Source: Methanothrix sp. (GTDB lineage Archaea; Halobacteriota; Methanosarcinia; Methanotrichales; Methanotrichaceae). From it: a stretch of 64,000 bases of DNA. The stretch lies in NCBI GenBank assembly GCA_037128175.1, contig JBAXWY010000002.1, positions 64,001 through 128,000 of the forward strand, written 5' to 3'. Position numbers and translations under genes: made by a program. The notes under the pieces are model-generated. The model searched no databases, had not been told where the DNA came from, and saw only the letters and a program-made list of their open reading frames with translations. This document shows positions 17,747-28,999 of the stretch, in pieces; within the stretch, counting starts at the first letter, position 1, and each line of letters begins with the position of its first letter.

Positions 17747-18640
17747 TCAGGCCGCGGAGATGAGTTCCAGCAATTCCTTTGCCACCTTGCCGCTCTCCCT
17801 TCTCGTTCTCATGAGCGTGCTCATGCGCCGGCACTCTCCCTGGTAGCTGCTCTTTTTGTCCACCAGGAAGAGGTCCACCTTGCCAAGCATTGATCGCACG
17901 CCTTCATCATTGGGGGGGACATTCATGGCCGTCATGAATTTAGCAGCCGGACCGCTCACCGGCTTATTTCCAATGAATGGACTCATGGCTACCACCATTT
18001 TGTCCGCCAGCCGCTCGCGCACGCCCTGCAGAGCCAAAATCGGGCCGATGCTGGTGACAGGATTGCTGGGACCGATGAGAATGGTGTCTTCCTTTTCCAG
18101 CAGATCCAGGAAAGCCTGGCAGGGAAGAGCGGCATCCAGACCCGCAAAAAATAGATCGCGAACCTCCGGCAATCCCTGGCGCCCTACCCAGAATTCCTGA
18201 AAGTGCATCACACCTTCCGGGGTAGAAACGACCGTAGAAACAATGTCGTCCGTCATGGGAACGACCCGCTGCTTCACACCCAGAGATTCGGCCAGGGCCT
18301 GCGATGCATGGCTGAGTTTGACCCCCCGGCGAAGCAACTCGGAGCGAAAGATATGAACTGCCCGATCCATGTCTCCCACCTGCAGCTTCTCTTTGATGCC
18401 CATCGCGATCAGGGTGTCATGGGTGAGGGTCTTGTCCTTCTTTATGCCCCACCATTTCTTCTCGTCGATCATATCGGCCAGGGTGTAAAGCACTGAATCA
18501 AGATCGGGGGAGATGTAGTTCCCGGAAATCCAGAGGTCCTCGGCCGTGTTCACCACCACAGAAAGCTCCTCTGGCCGCAAAAGCTCCTTCAGGCCCAGAA
18601 GAAGCTTGGGCGTGCCCGTGCCGCCGCTCAAAACTAGCAT
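17747..18640 (-). CDS. cofD: 2-phospho-L-lactate transferase (F420 biosynthesis)
   Basis: LSGGTGTPKLL, NTAED, PDLDSVLYTL, HFQEFWV, GPSNPVTSIGPIL, VSGPAAKFM. Confidence 0.95.
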   Translation of the reverse strand: MLVLSGGTGTPKLLLGLKELLRPEELSVVVNTAEDLWISGNYISPDLDSVLYTLADMIDEKKWWGIKKDKTLTHDTLIAMGIKEKLQVGDMDRAVHIFRSELLRRGVKLSHASQALAESLGVKQRVVPMTDDIVSTVVSTPEGVMHFQEFWVGRQGLPEVRDLFFAGLDAALPCQAFLDLLEKEDTILIGPSNPVTSIGPILALQGVRERLADKMVVAMSPFIGNKPVSGPAAKFMTAMNVPPNDEGVRSMLGKVDLFLVDKKSSYQGECRRMSTLMRTRRESGKVAKELLELISAA

Positions 18641-19225
18641 CTAAAGACCAGCACTTTCGACATCCACTATAATCATGCCCGTCTTGAGATGAGCCGCATC
18701 TTCATCAGGAAGTGTCGATTTCACGGCTTTTTCATAGTCAATTGCGCTGTTTCCCAGAGGGTCCTCGAGAATGAGGGTCAGAGGAAATCGGCCGGCTTTA
18801 GCAAGGTTGATCTTCTCCAGGATCTCTTCGCCCTTACTGATGCTATCCAGGCTTTCCGCCTCTCGCGCCGAGCGCGTGGCAAAGCCCACCACGCCCAGGA
18901 TCCGGTCAAGGACGCCCTCCACATTGGATATGTACGACTCCGAGGAAAACCCTGGCTCGATGTCCACGCCAAGCTCCGGGATGCGAAGCGTGCCGCTGGA
19001 AGAACGAATCACTCTTGCATCCAGATCTTCAATGCTCGTAACCGGCAGAGTGAAGCGCACCGGCTCCTTTTGCGTTAAGAGAATAGTATCGCTGTGTCTA
19101 AAGCCGCAGTCACAGATCCCGGCAATGACCATGGTCTCTCCAAAATGAGGTATTTCCACCGTCTCCCAGCTAAACTGCATCTGGACTGAGCATACGGGGC
19201 AGGGCGCGTTTGTGGTTAGATTCAA
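18641..19225 (-). CDS. ZPR1 zinc-finger protein
   Basis: CPVC...IPHFGE...CDCGFRHSD, IPELG..IEPG, SNVEGVL, EDPLGNS. Confidence 0.95.
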   Translation of the reverse strand: MNLTTNAPCPVCSVQMQFSWETVEIPHFGETMVIAGICDCGFRHSDTILLTQKEPVRFTLPVTSIEDLDARVIRSSSGTLRIPELGVDIEPGFSSESYISNVEGVLDRILGVVGFATRSAREAESLDSISKGEEILEKINLAKAGRFPLTLILEDPLGNSAIDYEKAVKSTLPDEDAAHLKTGMIIVDVESAGL

Positions 19226-19587
19226 TCTTTGCTCCCGACCACCTTCTCACGGTCAATCTTTATGCCGCTGGGAACCAATACTATGAGATCGTCGCCTACT
19301 CCCGCTATATCTCCGGAGACGTCTTCCACTGCCTTTTTCAGTTCACCAATGGCCCGGTCTAAAGCAGCTTTATCCCGCTTCAGTCCGGCGATATCCACCA
19401 GGACAATATTGCCTGCATAAATCTCCTGTTTGATCTCGGGCAGAACCTCGACCCGTCCCAGCTCCGCTACCCTTAAGATTATCTCCGGGGAGCCGCGCCC
19501 TTCCTCGAACTGACCCAGATCGACCTCAGAGTAATCCTGCTCCTTAGACTTTCCTATGAGCTTGAGCTTTTCCAGAAATCCAGCCAT
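19222..19587 (-). CDS. sepF: Cell division protein SepF
   Basis: EIYAGNIVLVDI...ELK...DVSGDIAG....LVPSGIKIDR. Confidence 0.9.
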   Translation of the reverse strand: MAGFLEKLKLIGKSKEQDYSEVDLGQFEEGRGSPEIILRVAELGRVEVLPEIKQEIYAGNIVLVDIAGLKRDKAALDRAIGELKKAVEDVSGDIAGVGDDLIVLVPSGIKIDREKVVGSKD

Positions 19588-19638
19588 CTAAAAACCCCGC
19601 AAAGGAAATGTGTATTATTATATTTATATTTAACGGCA

Positions 19639-19833
19639 TTACAGGTCCACGAGTTTTAATCCTACCAAGCCCATGGCCACCATGAATAGCAGGACGATCA
19701 GAGCAAAGCTCGACGACCTCAGCTCGGCGGGAAGGGTTATTTGTGCCCCCAAAATGAGAACAATCATCAGAAATACGAGGCCAGTACTGAGGCCAATCTC
19801 AAGCCAATTCTTCTTCACAAATGTACTGTCCAC
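19639..19833 (-). CDS. Small two-TM membrane protein
   Basis: 64-aa hydrophobic ORF directly downstream of cofG. Confidence 0.65.
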   Translation of the reverse strand: MDSTFVKKNWLEIGLSTGLVFLMIVLILGAQITLPAELRSSSFALIVLLFMVAMGLVGLKLVDL

Positions 19834-19838
19834 CCGCC

Positions 19839-20840
19839 TTAGAAGATATACTTTTTCACCCGAAGACCGTCCTCGCCCGCCAAGAAATCCACCAACGATC
19901 GGGTTTCATGGCCATGCCAGCCCATAGCAATAAAGCGGGGATAAACGGGCAGCCTCTCTCTCAGGTTATAATCCGAGAGACGGTGGTGCAGCTCTTCTTC
20001 ATCCGGCCAGGGCCTATCAGGATTTATGCCGTCCACAGTAACAGGGCTAATTCCTCCCAGATCGGTTGCACCCGCGGCAAGCATGGGACGCGGGTCCACA
20101 AGGTTGGGAGGAACCTGGATTGCCACCTCAGGCGGAAGGATCTCGCGCGCCGCTTCTACCGTTCGGCAGAGATCCATCATCTCTGGCCGGGGTGCATTCT
20201 CCAGAGCCGTTCCTGATTTGGGATCCAGCGGCTGGATGATGACCTCCTGAATATGACCGAAGACGCTATGCAGATGGGCAATTTTGCGGAGCGCGTCTTT
20301 CCGGTCCTGCTGGCTTTCGCCAATGCCCACCATTATGCCAGTAGTGAAAGGAATATGCAGTCTTCCGGCCAGGGCCATGTACTGCAACCTTAAGTTTGGC
20401 CTCTTTCCCGGCGACTGTGCATGTGCATCCAGCAGGGCAGTCGTCTCCAGCATCAGCCCCATAGAGGCGTTATACGGCTGCAAGCGCCGAAGATCTTCTT
20501 CTCCCAGCAGGCCGGCATTGCAATGAGGCAGCAGTCCAAACTCAAGGGCAAGCTCGCATAGCTCCACCAAATAGTCCATCAAATCCGCGACGCCGGCATT
20601 GGCCAGGATGCTCTCAAAGCCCGAGACCGTCCCGGGGCTCTCACCCATAGTAAAAAGCGCCTCGCTGCATCCACATAGAGCGCCCTGTTCCAGCAGATGC
20701 AGCGCGTTTGATCTGGAAATCAAATGAGCGTCTTTTGGTTCCTTTCGAAAAGAGCAGTAGCCGCAGCGATTCCTACAGAGGTTTGTTACGGGAATAAAAA
20801 TATTTTTGGAGTAGGTGAGTGTTTTCATATTAAGATTCAT
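19839..20840 (-). CDS. cofG: FO synthase subunit CofG
   Basis: [57 protein letters not shown]. Confidence 0.95.
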   Translation of the reverse strand: MNLNMKTLTYSKNIFIPVTNLCRNRCGYCSFRKEPKDAHLISRSNALHLLEQGALCGCSEALFTMGESPGTVSGFESILANAGVADLMDYLVELCELALEFGLLPHCNAGLLGEEDLRRLQPYNASMGLMLETTALLDAHAQSPGKRPNLRLQYMALAGRLHIPFTTGIMVGIGESQQDRKDALRKIAHLHSVFGHIQEVIIQPLDPKSGTALENAPRPEMMDLCRTVEAAREILPPEVAIQVPPNLVDPRPMLAAGATDLGGISPVTVDGINPDRPWPDEEELHHRLSDYNLRERLPVYPRFIAMGWHGHETRSLVDFLAGEDGLRVKKYIF

Positions 20841-20843
20841 AAC

Positions 20844-21293
20844 CTAACGACGAAACTCCACCAGCTTCAAGACATTTCCCAGCGGGCAGTCCTCGGGAGC
20901 CTCGCCCACTATATCCACAATAGTGCATCTTTCGCCATCTTTCAGTCCCGATGGGTGGCACATATCATACATGCTGCATTCGGGATCATCGCATTTCATG
21001 GCTTCAAAGACGATCTTGGAACCGGGAAATGCTTTTCTGGCGTCAAAGGCCGCAATTATGGGGCTCTCCGCCACTTCAACCGCCCGCACTCCAGCCTCGT
21101 GGATAGGGCAATCATGAACCAGCTCCCCGCGGGTCCCCAATATCCTGTAGCGCCTGCTTGGCTCCAGGTTGATGCACGTGTTTCTAAGCTTACAGGTCTC
21201 GCATTCCGGTGTGGGGCCCACGAAGGTGAACTCCAGGCCAATGCTGGCAAGTTTCGTTCCAATCAGCGTAATTTGTGTGGATGCCTCGGACAT
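20844..21293 (-). CDS. UPF0179 protein
   Basis: ITLIG..LA..GLEF.F.G...EC..C.L...C.NL, HDCPIHE.GV.AVEV. Confidence 0.9.
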   Translation of the reverse strand: MSEASTQITLIGTKLASIGLEFTFVGPTPECETCKLRNTCINLEPSRRYRILGTRGELVHDCPIHEAGVRAVEVAESPIIAAFDARKAFPGSKIVFEAMKCDDPECSMYDMCHPSGLKDGERCTIVDIVGEAPEDCPLGNVLKLVEFRR

Positions 21294-21327
21294 AGTTCAT
21301 TCTCCTTTTTTCATGATTATTATTATT

Positions 21328-22377
21328 TTAGATTATTCCCGTCGCTTCAGCCGCTTTGGTCGCTGCCATTCGGTTCAGGCCAAAATCAAGAATGGTATAA
21401 CGTTCCGGTCGAATCTCGTGGGCACGAACCAGGGCAGAGATCACGCTATCTGCATCCAAACCCGCTTCTGCCGCGGAGATGGGGGCGCCTACCATTGCCA
21501 GTGCCCTTTTTATATTCTTCCAGTCCCCGCCATGCAGATACATCATCATAATGGTGCCCAGACCGCAAAGCTCGCCATGCAGAGCCTTTCCTGGAGCAAT
21601 TTTGTTCATGGCATGAGCGAACTTGTGCTCCGAGCCGCTGGCTGGGCGCGACGATCCAGCTATGCTCATGGCCACTCCGCTGGATATCAGGGCTTTGATT
21701 ACTATCCGGGCCGATTCCTCCAGGCCCGGCCGAATATCTGCCGCAAGCTCGACGATCATGCGCGCCGTCATGCCGGAGAGGGCAGCGGCATATTCACTGT
21801 ACTCCTCATTATGAAGGCGATGGGCCAGTTGCCAGTCTAAAATGGCAGTGTAGTTGGAGATGATGTCGCCGCATCCGGCAGCCAGTAGCCGCGCCGGAGC
21901 CTGGGATATTATCTTGCTGTCGGCAACAATGGCCAGCGGGGAATGCGCTTTGATGGAAGTGGTCTCCCCGTTGACCGTCAAGGAGGCCTGAGAGGAGCAG
22001 ATGCCGTCATGCGAAGCGGCCGTGGGCACAGACAAAAACGGCACACAAACACCAAGTGATGCGAGCTTGGCAATGTCTATCGATCTGCCGCCTCCGGCAC
22101 CGATAAGAAAACCTGCCCCCATCTCCCGCGCCAAACGCTCTGCGCGATCTACCTCTTCCAGCTTGGAGGCGCTGCAAATAAGGGTCTCTGGTTCGTATCC
22201 GCCGTCATCTAAGAGCTCAAAGATGGCCTTTCCCATCACGTCCTGGGTACGCGGGCCAGTGATGATAAGAGCACGCCCTTGCAACTGCAGACTGGTGCAG
22301 ATCTCGGATAGCTCCAGTATCACGCCACTACCTACCGCTACGATGCGCGGGAGTTCCATCCACCTAGATCCGACCAT
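21328..22377 (-). CDS. egsA: sn-glycerol-1-phosphate dehydrogenase
   Basis: GGGRSIDIAK, PTAASHDGI.S, SRPASGSEH, HGELCG. Confidence 0.95.
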   Translation of the reverse strand: MVGSRWMELPRIVAVGSGVILELSEICTSLQLQGRALIITGPRTQDVMGKAIFELLDDGGYEPETLICSASKLEEVDRAERLAREMGAGFLIGAGGGRSIDIAKLASLGVCVPFLSVPTAASHDGICSSQASLTVNGETTSIKAHSPLAIVADSKIISQAPARLLAAGCGDIISNYTAILDWQLAHRLHNEEYSEYAAALSGMTARMIVELAADIRPGLEESARIVIKALISSGVAMSIAGSSRPASGSEHKFAHAMNKIAPGKALHGELCGLGTIMMMYLHGGDWKNIKRALAMVGAPISAAEAGLDADSVISALVRAHEIRPERYTILDFGLNRMAATKAAEATGII

Positions 22378-22434
22378 TGCCTTCTCACCAGCGAAAAACA
22401 GGCTAAGATGCATGTGGTCTATGGCGATATAAAA

Positions 22435-23202
22435 TCATATCCTTAACAAGTCACTATTCTCAGAACGTAGGTCGCAGAGTATGCGATCCCTTATAAGATT
22501 GACCTCGGAGCTGGTTCTGTTGCGGGGGCGGGGAAGTGGTATCTCAATGATATCCTTGATTCTCCCCGGCCGGGCGGACATGATCACGATGCGATCCGCG
22601 AGGTATATGGCCTCGTCAACGCTGTGGGTGACAAAGACAACCGTTTTTCTCTCCTCGTGCCAGATGCGCAGAAGTTCGGACTGCATGATGTTGCGCGTCT
22701 GGGCGTCCAGGGCTCCAAAGGGCTCATCCATGAGCAGAGCCTTAGGATGATTGACCAAGGCACGAGCGATGGCCACCCGCTGTTTCATGCCTCCAGACAA
22801 CTCATGCGGATAGCGCGTCTCAAAACGCTCCAGGCCCACCATTCTTAGGTACTGCCTGCCCTGAGCAAGTCGCTCCGCAGAGGGTACGCCTTTCAATTCC
22901 AGGCCGAAGACGATGTTATCGATGACCGTTCGCCAGGGAAATAACGAGTACTCCTGGAAGACCATACCTCTCTCCGGTCCGGGGCCTATTATGGGTTCGC
23001 CATGAAGAGTTACAGTGCCACTCGTCGCCTCCTCAAGGCCCGCGACTATACGTAACAACGTGGTCTTGCCGCAGCCAGAGGGGCCGATGAAGCAAACGAA
23101 CTCATTTTCCTCTATTTTCAGGTTGACATCCTGCAGAGCTACCATCTCTTTTCCGTCCGCGAAAAATTGCTTGGATACGCCCTTGATCTCCAGCAGAGCC
23201 AT
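22435..23202 (-). CDS. ABC ATPase, nitrate/sulfonate (TauB/SsuB) type
   Basis: [33 protein letters not shown]. Confidence 0.93.
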   Translation of the reverse strand: MALLEIKGVSKQFFADGKEMVALQDVNLKIEENEFVCFIGPSGCGKTTLLRIVAGLEEATSGTVTLHGEPIIGPGPERGMVFQEYSLFPWRTVIDNIVFGLELKGVPSAERLAQGRQYLRMVGLERFETRYPHELSGGMKQRVAIARALVNHPKALLMDEPFGALDAQTRNIMQSELLRIWHEERKTVVFVTHSVDEAIYLADRIVIMSARPGRIKDIIEIPLPRPRNRTSSEVNLIRDRILCDLRSENSDLLRI

Positions 23203-23316
23203 TCAATTCGTGGTATCGCGGCGGGTAGGTATAGATCTTTCCGTTCAGGAAGATTTTGGGAGGTGCGTGTTGCCAAGCACACTATTCTGACCGTCCTGAA
23301 TATGCGGCGAGGTCGC

Positions 23317-25605
23317 TTACCCTTTGTAGTCCCCGCTCACCAGCTCGCGAATGCGCTGTGCGATCTTGGGCCCCACCAGTTCTACCTCTTGCAGCTGCGA
23401 AGATGAAGCCGTCATGATCTTCTCGACGGATCCGAAGTGCTTGAGCAGGTTCTTGGCTACCGTTGGCCCCACGCTGGAAATGGCCGATATCAAGTACTCT
23501 TGCTGCTCTTTAAGCGTCCTGGCGGTCTTGTGGCCGTGCAACTTAGGCTCGCGCCCCTCCCGCAACTCTCTATGGGCCAGCAGGGCAATAACCGCGACCG
23601 TTTCGTTCCGGTCTTCCGTGGGAATGATGGGGACGCCATAGTCCACAGCCACGGAAATCATTGCTCCGCGAATAGATCCGGCATTCATCTGCGTGGTGTA
23701 AAGATCCCTGCCCTCTAAAATCAAAACCGGCCGCTCGTAAGTCCTGGCCAAATCCGCAATCTGCCGAAATAAGTTTCTCTCTGGATCGATAATCGAAGAT
23801 ACAAAATCATGTGCCGTTTTGCGTTCGATGGCCACCCGATCGCTGACCACATAGTCTCCCACCTCCAGATTCTTGACGGTGACTTCGAGGCCCAGAGACT
23901 CCAGAAGCTTTGCCATCTCCCTCTCCCTTGAGTCCACAAAAATTTTTGCCGGAATTTTGCCGGGCTCTTCCGAGTCCGTTTGCTCTTTTTGCACATCTCT
24001 TTCATCCATCTTTGCAGGATGGGCCGGATCCTGGGTTATCTGCATCTGACGGGGCAAAAACTCCTTCTGCATAGATTCCATAGGTTGATCGCTCAGATCC
24101 CGTATCTGCCGGTTCATGTTCTTTTCTTTGCGCTCCGATATCCAGTGATAGGCCTCATCGCGCGTACCTTTGGCCATTAATACTACTACTCTGCCAGCTC
24201 TTGCCCTGCCGGTCCTGCCTTTGCGCTGAATGCTGCGAATCTCGGAGGGCACCGGCTCATAAAAGAGAACCAGATCCGTGGCAGGAATATCGATTCCTTC
24301 CTCCCCCACCGAGGTGGCAATGAGGACATTGTAGTCGCCTGCCCGAAATTTCTGCAGAATCTCGGCTTGCTTTTTTTGGCTGAGGCCTTGATCATTATCG
24401 CGGCTGGACTGGCCCACGAATCGCACGGCCCGAATGGCGGGATCATCTTTCAGGAACGAGAGAAGAGATGTGGCTGTGTCCCGATAGTTAGTAAAGACCA
24501 TGATGAGAGACTCTGGCTTCGCAGCAATCTGCTCCAGTAGTATCCTCTTTACGGCGGCAGGCTTAGGATGCTCCACCTTCAGGCTATGCAGGGCATCTAC
24601 AACCTGCCGGAATCCGGGGTCCTGCATTATCCGGCGGGAAGCTTTGGAACCGCTACGCGAGAGGGCTTCGCCTTCTAGCCTTTGAAAATATCTGGCCAAT
24701 GCATCCGGTCCCTGCGTCTCCGCCAGCTCAACGGCATGATGCAATTTGAGAATCTCGGCCATGAGAGAAATGGCCGCAAATGTAGATTTATTTGCATGCG
24801 TCTTGGCCGAGGACATGAGGGTAGCTTGCAGCCCTAGAAGCTCTTTCTTAGAGGACTTGGATTCGATTCTGACCGGACTGATGCCTAAAAGGTTCAGATC
24901 ATCGATTCTGCGGCTGAGGAGCTCCTCGATGGCGGATCGGATAAGCAGAAGCTCTTTGGGAACGGTAAGCTTCACCCACTCGATCTCCCGCTCGTGAACA
25001 AATGGGGCGACATCAGGATCATTTTCCGTGCGGGTCTGGATCTTCTCAATGGATAGGTTGGTGCATATCTCGGCGATCTTCTCGCTCTGGCTGCCCGGGC
25101 TGGCGGTAATCCCCAGGACCAGCGGGCTTTTCGCCTCGCGATGATAGCGATCGGCGATATAAACATAAGCATAGCCTCCCACTGCTCGGTGCGCCTCGTC
25201 GAATATCACCAGGGATACATCCTTAAGATCGATCCTTCGAGAGAGAAGATCGTTTTCTATCACCTGTGGAGTGGATACAACGATGCGGCTTTTCTCCCAG
25301 GATTCGATTCTTTTTTCCGGAGAATTCTCCCCCGTCATCATGGTGACGATATCTCTGTCTTTGAGCACACGCTGCAAGAAAACAGCATGCTGCTCCACCA
25401 GTGGCTTGGTAGGAGCCAGGAAAAGAACCCTGCCCTTATCCATTCGAGCCAGCAACACCATGAGTGCTATGACGGTCTTGCCCAGACCCGTAGGTACTAC
25501 AATAAGACTGGAGGCCGTGAGAGCCGTGGCGGCCAAATCCAACTGGAATAGCCGCTTTTCTACGGTTTGCGGCAACAGATGCGGATGCTCCAGGTAGGAG
25601 GACAT
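23317..25605 (-). CDS. hef: Hef helicase/ERCC4 nuclease (FANCM-like)
   Basis: PTGLGKT, DEAHRA, TASPG, QRKGRTGR, VDSRE..GDY..ERK, HhH repeats. Confidence 0.95.
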   Translation of the reverse strand: MSSYLEHPHLLPQTVEKRLFQLDLAATALTASSLIVVPTGLGKTVIALMVLLARMDKGRVLFLAPTKPLVEQHAVFLQRVLKDRDIVTMMTGENSPEKRIESWEKSRIVVSTPQVIENDLLSRRIDLKDVSLVIFDEAHRAVGGYAYVYIADRYHREAKSPLVLGITASPGSQSEKIAEICTNLSIEKIQTRTENDPDVAPFVHEREIEWVKLTVPKELLLIRSAIEELLSRRIDDLNLLGISPVRIESKSSKKELLGLQATLMSSAKTHANKSTFAAISLMAEILKLHHAVELAETQGPDALARYFQRLEGEALSRSGSKASRRIMQDPGFRQVVDALHSLKVEHPKPAAVKRILLEQIAAKPESLIMVFTNYRDTATSLLSFLKDDPAIRAVRFVGQSSRDNDQGLSQKKQAEILQKFRAGDYNVLIATSVGEEGIDIPATDLVLFYEPVPSEIRSIQRKGRTGRARAGRVVVLMAKGTRDEAYHWISERKEKNMNRQIRDLSDQPMESMQKEFLPRQMQITQDPAHPAKMDERDVQKEQTDSEEPGKIPAKIFVDSREREMAKLLESLGLEVTVKNLEVGDYVVSDRVAIERKTAHDFVSSIIDPERNLFRQIADLARTYERPVLILEGRDLYTTQMNAGSIRGAMISVAVDYGVPIIPTEDRNETVAVIALLAHRELREGREPKLHGHKTARTLKEQQEYLISAISSVGPTVAKNLLKHFGSVEKIMTASSSQLQEVELVGPKIAQRIRELVSGDYKG

Positions 25606-25878
25606 AACTGATCCAATGCTCTCTTGTTGTATTTGATTCCATTGTATTAGATCTATTGATGCGCATTTATTATTCATATTATATCATTTTTACGATACTT
25701 ATCCCCCCAGGCTTTTGAAACTAGTTATGGGATCTGAAAGTAGGTCGCCCCAATCTAGGCTGTTTTGAAGGATAAATTTATATAATATAAAAGTAAGATA
25801 TTGATAGAAAGCTAAATTTCGCTTATTTAGCGAAATAGCTCAAATTAATCGCTTAAAAAAAAGGGGGCGAAAAGAAAA

Positions 25879-26676
25879 ATGAAGGGAGTAATAGTAATAG
25901 TAGTTGTGTTGGCAATTGCCCTAATCGGAGGTTGCAACACCGCGCTAGCTAATCCACCACTGGTGCCACCAGTTCAGTATGAACAGTTCTGTGAAGCACA
26001 AAAAGTGTCTGGAACGGGAATTATCGATGTCAGCACATCGATAATCGATAAAAAGATCGCACTTGAATACTACAACACCATGGCAGGCGACGGCGACTTG
26101 GAGCTAGACTCTGAGCATGCTTACTCTCAGGATGCTGAGAAGCTCAACAGGAATATAAGCTCAGTAAACGGCGGCAACAAGTCTGCCCTTAACCTCTACG
26201 AGACCACTAAACTGACATATGCAGGTGAGACGCCCCTGACCGGCGGCAAGTACCTGCATTCCAAGGCATTCTACGGCGGCATCGGCGCTGATGTTCAGGA
26301 GATGTTCTCCGTAAACGAGATGGAAAAGGATGAAACCGCATTCTTTGCCTCTACGACGCCTTATCAGCCCCGGAATGTCAGCCCGGAGGACTTGATCAAG
26401 AAGCTCAAGGAAGCAGGAAGAAACACCAAGGAGGTCGAAGATCTCATGACGGCTAGCAATGGTATCTATGTTCCGTCCCACCTCATCGGCCTTGAGACCA
26501 AGAACTCCTTCAATGGTACCTGGGGTACCGATGCCAAGTGGCACAAGATATTCTACAAGGATATCAAGGCCCACGAAATGTTCACAGGAACCTTCGAGGC
26601 CGAGAAGCTCATCAAGTTCCATGAGAATCCCGTGCCCGACAAAATCCAAGCGCCCTGTGATGGCATTGACTGCTAG
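25879..26676 (+). CDS. Secreted protein, possibly cell envelope or sheath
   Basis: Signal peptide; Thr/Gly-rich beta-type sequence; Cys near the mature N-terminus and C-terminal PCDGIDC; AT-rich promoter (TTTATATAATATAAA) upstream. Confidence 0.8.
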   Translation: MKGVIVIVVVLAIALIGGCNTALANPPLVPPVQYEQFCEAQKVSGTGIIDVSTSIIDKKIALEYYNTMAGDGDLELDSEHAYSQDAEKLNRNISSVNGGNKSALNLYETTKLTYAGETPLTGGKYLHSKAFYGGIGADVQEMFSVNEMEKDETAFFASTTPYQPRNVSPEDLIKKLKEAGRNTKEVEDLMTASNGIYVPSHLIGLETKNSFNGTWGTDAKWHKIFYKDIKAHEMFTGTFEAEKLIKFHENPVPDKIQAPCDGIDC

Positions 26677-26944
26677 GGAAACCTGGCAGCAAACCTATTT
26701 TTTGATCCGCTTATAGAGTCGGATTTCCAGGCGTTCTAATTGATTGAATAATATAAATATAATCCACCAGCGAATAGGAAATCTCTATAGGCCATCCTCT
26801 CATGGCGATATATAGAATTAGATCCCAATAGATTCGACCCAGAAAGAAGAGGCTCTTAGAAAGCAAAAGGAATAAATGGTTAAAGCTCACCTACCTGAAA
26901 AAGGGGTCTGATTGAGTACCCTTTTGAGAATGGAGGTTCATGAA

Positions 26945-27352
26945 ATGAAGTTGATTCTTACATTATTCGTCGTCACGGTTCTTCTGGCAAGCGTTGCCGT
27001 CACGGCCAGCGCTGCCGATGTTCTGGATTTGAGCACATTAGGAAAAAAACCGAGCATAGAGGCCGTTTCTCTGCCCAGGCTCTCACCCACAATGCCGACT
27101 ATTGCCGCAACCTCTCTGGGGGGCAACCTGAATAGCAATGTGCTCGATCTCAGCACCCTGGGAAAGAAAGCACTGCTCAATGTGAACACGACCATGATCA
27201 AGGATGCATCTCCGGTTACAATCACACCCATGTTCGCCATTAAGAATACCAATGTAACCAACCAGGCCGGATCTGTCATTACCCTGCCCCAGGCAATTTC
27301 TGCCAACCCCTCCGTCTACACCCCGCCCATTGCCATCTTTGGCGGAGCTTAA
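26945..27352 (+). CDS. Secreted protein with VLDLSTLGKK repeat
   Basis: GGAGGT RBS; signal peptide ending ASA; two identical VLDLSTLGKK motifs. Confidence 0.75.
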   Translation: MKLILTLFVVTVLLASVAVTASAADVLDLSTLGKKPSIEAVSLPRLSPTMPTIAATSLGGNLNSNVLDLSTLGKKALLNVNTTMIKDASPVTITPMFAIKNTNVTNQAGSVITLPQAISANPSVYTPPIAIFGGA

Positions 27353-27363
27353 AGAGGAAGAAA

Positions 27364-27513
27364 ATGGATGTTTCGCTGAAAGTGGATGGAATGGCGGTTG
27401 ATTTAAATGCCTTCACGAAAGAGATCATCGGCAATGTGGCAGTAGCTATGGCCGAGTCTCTGCGTGGAGTGGGCCAGGACTGGAAAGGAATTGAGATCAG
27501 AATAGATAAGTGA
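27364..27513 (+). CDS. 49-aa protein resembling the C-terminal module of archaeal MobB
   Basis: MDVSLKVDGMAVDLNAFTKEIIGNVAVAMAESLRGVGQDWKGIEIRIDK*; GAGG RBS. Confidence 0.7.
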   Translation: MDVSLKVDGMAVDLNAFTKEIIGNVAVAMAESLRGVGQDWKGIEIRIDK

Positions 27514-27521
27514 TTTAACTC

Positions 27522-27995
27522 TCAATCCTTCTTGCCTTTTTTAAAGACAGATGCGAGATCAATAAAATAAGTGCCTTCCTTGACCGCCATAATCAGTTCA
27601 TCCCTCTCGAATAGAGACGGCAGATTCAGCTCGTAGGTGCCAGGTGCCGTTATCTTGACGCTCTCCAAAGTCTTCTCATCACTTTGATGGATATCATCGA
27701 TTTTTTTCTTGACCGGGATGCAAAGCGTCGGAGAAGCGGTTGCAGCAGGAGCGGTTTTTTGCGAAGCCTGCATCACCTCATCTATTGCCATCGACTCTTT
27801 TTCCCTTCTCCCGGGAGGTATCCGTACACCCATAGCCCGATTTATGATGGACTTTGGCTGTAGCACCTCTGCCTTCTGATCCTGCTGCTCTTTTTTCACG
27901 AACATGAACTTCTTCCAGCCGCAATTGGGGCAGCCCTTCAGGATATCCTCCCCTAAGTCGAAGACATTGCTACAACGGGTACATATATGGGGCAT
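27522..27995 (-). CDS. oapC: OapC-like Zn-ribbon protein (DUF2072)
   Basis: MPHICTRC...ILKGCPNCGWKKF; ESV.I..PGTYELNL. Confidence 0.9.
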   Translation of the reverse strand: MPHICTRCSNVFDLGEDILKGCPNCGWKKFMFVKKEQQDQKAEVLQPKSIINRAMGVRIPPGRREKESMAIDEVMQASQKTAPAATASPTLCIPVKKKIDDIHQSDEKTLESVKITAPGTYELNLPSLFERDELIMAVKEGTYFIDLASVFKKGKKD

Positions 27996-28364
27996 CTAGT
28001 CCCCCACGGAGACCTTGGTGCTGATCTGATATTTGTCTTTCTCAATGGTGCGTAGCTGGTTGGCAGGACCGATGACCGTCATCCTGCCCTTAAGAGCTCT
28101 GCCAAATATCTTGTCCAAAAACGATCCTTCCTTCTTGGAAGGGTAGCTCTCTATCTCTATTCCTGAGAACTCGTCCACCCGAATCTCGGTCATGGTCATC
28201 TCGATGAGGCGCACCTCCTCATCAGAGGTCAGGCCGCACTCTAAAACCACAATCTTGCCGTTCTTGACCTTGTCCAGGATGAGCCGAATCTTCTCCATGG
28301 AGGTCATTTTCTCCAGCTTCTCCCCGGAGATGAGGTCCATTTGCACTTCTCTCATCAAGATCAC
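27996..28364 (-). CDS. oapB: OapB-like protein (DUF2073)
   Basis: [19 protein letters not shown]...[24 protein letters not shown]. Confidence 0.92.
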   Translation of the reverse strand: MILMREVQMDLISGEKLEKMTSMEKIRLILDKVKNGKIVVLECGLTSDEEVRLIEMTMTEIRVDEFSGIEIESYPSKKEGSFLDKIFGRALKGRMTVIGPANQLRTIEKDKYQISTKVSVGD

Positions 28365-28999
28365 CCAAAATGAGCTGCTATCGCCTGATAAAGGTTATCT
28401 ATATTCGATCCTTCCAGGGCGGAGATGGGCACCATGGCATGCTGAGGGAAAGCTGCCTTAATTCTGGCCGGCGAGGCGTTGGGCAGATCCATCTTATTGG
28501 CCACAATGAGGAGGGGAAGCTTCCGGGCTTCCATGTTTCCAATCACTACCACATTGACCTGAGTATAAGGATCCTCGGTTGAGTCCATAACTAATAGCAC
28601 GCCGTCCAGGTCATCCAGCCATTTGATAGCTTCAATGACGCCTTCCGTAGCTTCCTTGGCCCTCTTCTTAGACTCGACCTCAGAAAGGCCATAGATCATG
28701 AACTCCTTGAAATCGACCTTTGTGGCCATGCCTGGTGTATCGACTATATCCAGCTCGATGCTCGATCCGTTGGCGTTGATCACCACGCCCTCCTTTCTCA
28801 TGGCCCTGCGAGTCTCATGTGGAATAGGGGAAGCCTCTCCAAAGCTCTCTCCCTCACTCCAGTCGTGCAGAATCCGGTTGGCCAGTGTAGTCTTTCCGGC
28901 ATTAGGCGGGCCGTAAAGTCCGATCTTGGCCCTCTTCTTTTTAAATATCCTGTTTATCCAGGTCCCAAGGCTCTCCTTGAGGCTACTGATGATACCCAT
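28361..28999 (-). CDS. oapA: OapA Era-like GTPase
   Basis: [28 protein letters not shown]. Confidence 0.92.
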   Translation of the reverse strand: MGIISSLKESLGTWINRIFKKKRAKIGLYGPPNAGKTTLANRILHDWSEGESFGEASPIPHETRRAMRKEGVVINANGSSIELDIVDTPGMATKVDFKEFMIYGLSEVESKKRAKEATEGVIEAIKWLDDLDGVLLVMDSTEDPYTQVNVVVIGNMEARKLPLLIVANKMDLPNASPARIKAAFPQHAMVPISALEGSNIDNLYQAIAAHFG

